Made by a program: the position numbers and the translations under genes | NCBI GenBank assembly: GCA_038320885.1 | Contig: JBBQER010000002.1 | Span: forward strand, 43,086-107,085 | DNA length: 64,000 nucleotides | Source: Acidimicrobiia bacterium | Lineage (GTDB): Bacteria > Actinomycetota > Acidimicrobiia > IMCC26256 > PALSA-610 | Direction of reading: 5' to 3' | The notes under the pieces: model-generated | The model's input: only the letters and a program-made list of their open reading frames with translations | What the model was told of the DNA's origin: nothing | Databases searched by the model: none | Part shown: one piece after another, positions 60,970 through 64,000 of the stretch | Layout of the letters: each line of letters opens with the position of its first letter | Numbering within the stretch: the stretch's first letter is position 1

Positions 60970-62394
60970 ATGTTTTCGCGGCGGGTTGCGCTCGTGAGCG
61001 CGGTTGGCGCGTTGGGGTTGATGACAATCGTGACCGCGGGTCCGGTGGCATCGACGCCGAATCCGGTGCCTCCGCCCGGCTTCGCGATCAGCGTCGCGAT
61101 CGGGGGCCACGGCGAGCTGACCCTGCCGACGGCGATGGCGTTCGCGCCCGACGGTCGCATGTTCGTCGCCGAGAGAGCCGGCCTTATCAAGGTCTTCTCC
61201 GGATCGGGCGACACGACCCCGACGACCTTCGCCGACCTGCGTACGGAAGTGAACTCGTCGCCGGGCCATGGCCTGCTGAACATCACACTGGATCCACAGT
61301 TTCCGACCCGGCCCTATGTGTACGCGCTGTATTCACGAGATTCGACAACGCGCGGCGGACCGGTACCGGGCTGGAACGACACCTGCGCGAATACGACCGA
61401 TGGCTGCGTCACGTGGTCGAGGCTCGTGCGCCTCACCGCCACCGGCGACGTCGCCACCGGGAAGCCGAGAGTGCTCCTCGATGACTGGTGCAACCAGAAC
61501 GGCCACTCCATCGGAACGCTGGTCTTCGGTCCGGACCAGGCTCTGTACGTGGGTGGCGGAGACGGTGCGACGCCGAGCACGGCCGACTACGGCCAGTTCG
61601 GCACACCGGGCAATCCCTGCGGCGATCCGCCCGGTGGCACAGCCTTGACACCGCCGACGACGGAGGGGGGCGTGCTGCGGGCGCAGGACGTCACCACCGA
61701 CGCCGACCCCGCGGGACTCGACGGGACGATCATCCGCATCTATCCGAACAACGGCGCGCCGTTTGCCGGCAACCCGTTCATCACGAGCCCGGATGTCGAC
61801 AAGCAGCGCATCATCGCGTACGGGCTGCGCAACCCGTTCCGATCGGTGTTCCGGCCCGGTACGAGTCAGCTGTTCATTTCCGATCCCGGCTGGGACACCT
61901 ACGACGAGATCGATCGGATCAGGAATGTGCGCGATAGCGTCGCCGAGAACTTCGGTTGGCCGTGTTACGAAGGCGCATCGCCGCAACCCACTTGGCAGTC
62001 CCTCGACACCGATCTTTGCAACTCGTTGTACGCGGCCGGCACCGCAGTCAAGCCGACGTTCACGTACGCGAAGGCCGCCAAGATCGTGCCGAACGAGTCG
62101 TGTCCGGTCGGATCGAGCGCGCCGACGGGGATCGCCTTCTACCAAGGGACCAACTACCCGTCGTCATTCCGAGGCGGGTTGTTCTTCACCGACTACTCCC
62201 GCAAGTGCATCTGGTTCGTGCCACCGAACGCATCGGGCGCGCCGGTGTTCGCCAATCGCCAGACGTTCGCGAACATCGCGCCCGCGGCCGTCACGGACAT
62301 CAAGGTGGGCCCCCAGGGCGACCTCTATCTCGTCGATATCGGCGGCGGTCAGATTCTGCATCTCGAGTACGTCGGCGTGCCGCTGCATGAGTGA
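60970..62394 (+). CDS. secreted PQQ-dependent sugar (glucose/sorbosone) dehydrogenase family beta-propeller
   Basis: Signal peptide MFSRRVALVSAVGALGLMTIVTAGPVAS, then LTLPTAMAFAPDGRMFVAERAGLIKVF..., IIAYGLRNPFR, GWPCYEG. Confidence 0.75.
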   Translation: MFSRRVALVSAVGALGLMTIVTAGPVASTPNPVPPPGFAISVAIGGHGELTLPTAMAFAPDGRMFVAERAGLIKVFSGSGDTTPTTFADLRTEVNSSPGHGLLNITLDPQFPTRPYVYALYSRDSTTRGGPVPGWNDTCANTTDGCVTWSRLVRLTATGDVATGKPRVLLDDWCNQNGHSIGTLVFGPDQALYVGGGDGATPSTADYGQFGTPGNPCGDPPGGTALTPPTTEGGVLRAQDVTTDADPAGLDGTIIRIYPNNGAPFAGNPFITSPDVDKQRIIAYGLRNPFRSVFRPGTSQLFISDPGWDTYDEIDRIRNVRDSVAENFGWPCYEGASPQPTWQSLDTDLCNSLYAAGTAVKPTFTYAKAAKIVPNESCPVGSSAPTGIAFYQGTNYPSSFRGGLFFTDYSRKCIWFVPPNASGAPVFANRQTFANIAPAAVTDIKVGPQGDLYLVDIGGGQILHLEYVGVPLHE

Positions 62395-63405
62395 CGAGCC
62401 CGACTCGACCTCCCGGCGGAGGTGGGTCGGCTATCTGTCTGCGCTCGTGGTCGCGGGACTGCTCGTGTACGCAGTCGTCGTCGCGAGCGGTGGCGTGCAA
62501 GACGCCCTCCGGCAGCTGCGACACGCTTCGCGGTTGTGGCTCGTGCCCGCGCTGGCCCTCGAGATCGTGAGCTACGCGTTCGCGGGGTGGCTGCTGCTCC
62601 TGCTGCGCGGCGACACGCTCTCGCCGGGTTGGTTCACGACCGCGCGGGTCGCGCTCGTCATGTGGGTTTGGGCAGCCTGCTGCCGGTCGCCCCGGCTGAG
62701 GGCATCGCGCTCTCGGTTTCCGAGCTCGGGCGCCGAGGTGTCGGCCGCCAACACGCCGTCACGATGCTGCTCGTCGCCGGGTGGTTCCAGTTCTGGGCAC
62801 TGGTCCTCACCACCGCGGTCGCCGCGGCCGTTGTCGTCGGGGTCGGGCTTCCCAACCCTGACGACGCGACCGGTCTGCTCGTCGTCGCCGCGGCGCTGAC
62901 AGTGCTGACCGGAATCGTCGTGCTCGTGGCGCGGCGCCCCGTCGTCGGCAAGCTCGCGGCGGACGCCGTCCGATGGCTGCCCCGCCACCGCAGGAAAACG
63001 CGCGCCGAGCTGCGCGCCGCCGGTCTCGACGAGCACGCGCGCCTGCTCGAGCTCCTCGGGCGACCGGTGCACCGGGTCGGGATCGGGTTCGCAGCCACCG
63101 GCTGGTGGCTCGCCGACGCGGGCTGCCTATGGATCGCGTTGCACGCCGCGCACGCGGATGCCAACTTCGGTCTCGTCGTCCTCGCCTACGTGGCCGGGGT
63201 CCTCGCGTCGTGGGTGCCGCTCCTCCCCGGCGGGCTGGGCGCGGTGGAAATCGCCGTTCCCGCCGTGCTTCACCATTTCGGCGTCCCCCTCACCGCCGCG
63301 CTCGCGGGAACCCTCATCTGGCGGGGGCTCTCGCTGTTCCTGCCTGCCATCGGTGGTGCACTCGCCTACGGCAGTCTCCGCGCCCAGGTCGTCGTGGACA
63401 CGTGA
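62387..63405 (+). pseudogene. UPF0104/lysylphosphatidylglycerol-synthase-TM-region family membrane protein, +/-1 frameshift near 62664
   Basis: The N-terminus (MSDEPDSTSRRRWVGYLSALVVAGLLVYAVVV...ARVALVMW) is in frame 2. The rest (GLGSLLPVAPAEGIAL...WVPLLPGGLGAVEIAV...) is in frame 1. The switch occurs at the G-run in gtcatgtgggtttgggc. Confidence 0.6.
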
Positions 63406-63441
63406 CGATGCTGTCGCGCCACGCGTAGGGTTTCCGTAGCG

Positions 63442-64000
63442 ATGTTCCTTGCTCTGACCTGCGCGTTGATTGCGACCGTGAGCTACGGCGTCGGAACCGT
63501 GCTGCAGGCCGCGGGCGCGCGCCGCGTCGTCAGCGCGGAGCGTCTCGACGTGATGCTGCTCGCGAGGCTCGCCGGACAATCGCTGTACATCGGCGGCCTG
63601 GCGCTCGACGCGATCGGCTTCGGCGCCTCGCTCGTGGCGCTGCACACGCTGCCACTGTTCGTCGTCCAAGCGGCGATCGCCGGCAGTCTCGGTGTGACCG
63701 CCGCCATCGGCGCGGTCGTGTTCGGTTTCGAGCTCCGGGCGCCGGACAAGGTCGCGATCGGCCTCTTGCTCGCCGGACTCGCGCTTTTGTGCGCGTCGGC
63801 GGAGAGCGAACCGGTCGCGCATCTCTCGCGGATCGGCGCGTGGTCTCTCTTCGCCGGCGTCTTCGTCGTCGTCGCGGGCGGTGTGGTCGCGGCCCGGCAG
63901 CAGGATCGGTACGCGGCGATCGCGTTGGCGGTCTGCGCGGGCCTCGGGTTCGCGGGGACCGCCATTGCCGCACGGGCCCTCTCCATCCCGACGCCGGTCT
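63442..64000 (+). CDS. hypothetical polytopic membrane protein, 5' part (runs off the window end)
   Basis: ATG 63442, open to the window end. MFLALTCALIATVSYGVGTVLQAAG...LFVVQAAIAGSLGVTAAIGAVVFGF... (DMT/EamA-like feel). It is not in the track because there is no stop. Confidence 0.55.
   Translation, partial: MFLALTCALIATVSYGVGTVLQAAGARRVVSAERLDVMLLARLAGQSLYIGGLALDAIGFGASLVALHTLPLFVVQAAIAGSLGVTAAIGAVVFGFELRAPDKVAIGLLLAGLALLCASAESEPVAHLSRIGAWSLFAGVFVVVAGGVVAARQQDRYAAIALAVCAGLGFAGTAIAARALSIPTPV

Noticed and set aside
1-64000. Prophage, integrative element or genomic island
   Set aside because: I could not recognise any integrase, transposase, phage structural gene or flanking tRNA. Composition looks uniform apart from short AT-richer promoter regions.

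Overview
This is a GC-rich chromosomal segment with actinobacterial-style codon usage (third codon positions are almost all G/C). I call about 65 protein-coding genes. I found no rRNA, tRNA or CRISPR array, and no transposase or integrase ORF. Most long ORFs in the six-frame track are GC-rich shadow or run-on ORFs. Real genes were picked by recognisable protein motifs, internal start codons and 4-nt ATGA/GTGA start-stop overlaps. Recognisable content includes two cytochrome P450s (one with a ferredoxin), a QueA-like/SDR/regulator operon, several TetR/ArsR/LuxR/SARP regulators, a GGDEF-EAL protein, two ABC exporter sets, MMPL plus ABC1 kinase, otsA, and many redox enzymes. The most interesting region is a same-strand island at 9340-16806. 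It holds a SARP regulator, then two mosaic paralogous secreted beta-helix/FN3 proteins, then two small paralogous genes. Three promoters in this island carry the same 11-bp-spaced CGAAAG direct repeats placed just upstream of a -10 element, which is SARP-box geometry. Both small genes also carry a conserved 5' leader hairpin. Second in interest is a 32-bp perfect palindrome flanked by an 8-bp direct duplication (25723-25770). It interrupts an MBL-fold alkylsulfatase-like gene, and removing it in silico restores the reading frame. The window also holds an unusual number of disrupted reading frames: in-frame TGA codons, +/-1 frameshifts, an internal deletion and gene remnants. Some may be sequencing errors in G/C runs, but others cannot be. 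All functional calls rest on motif recognition by eye. No database search was run.
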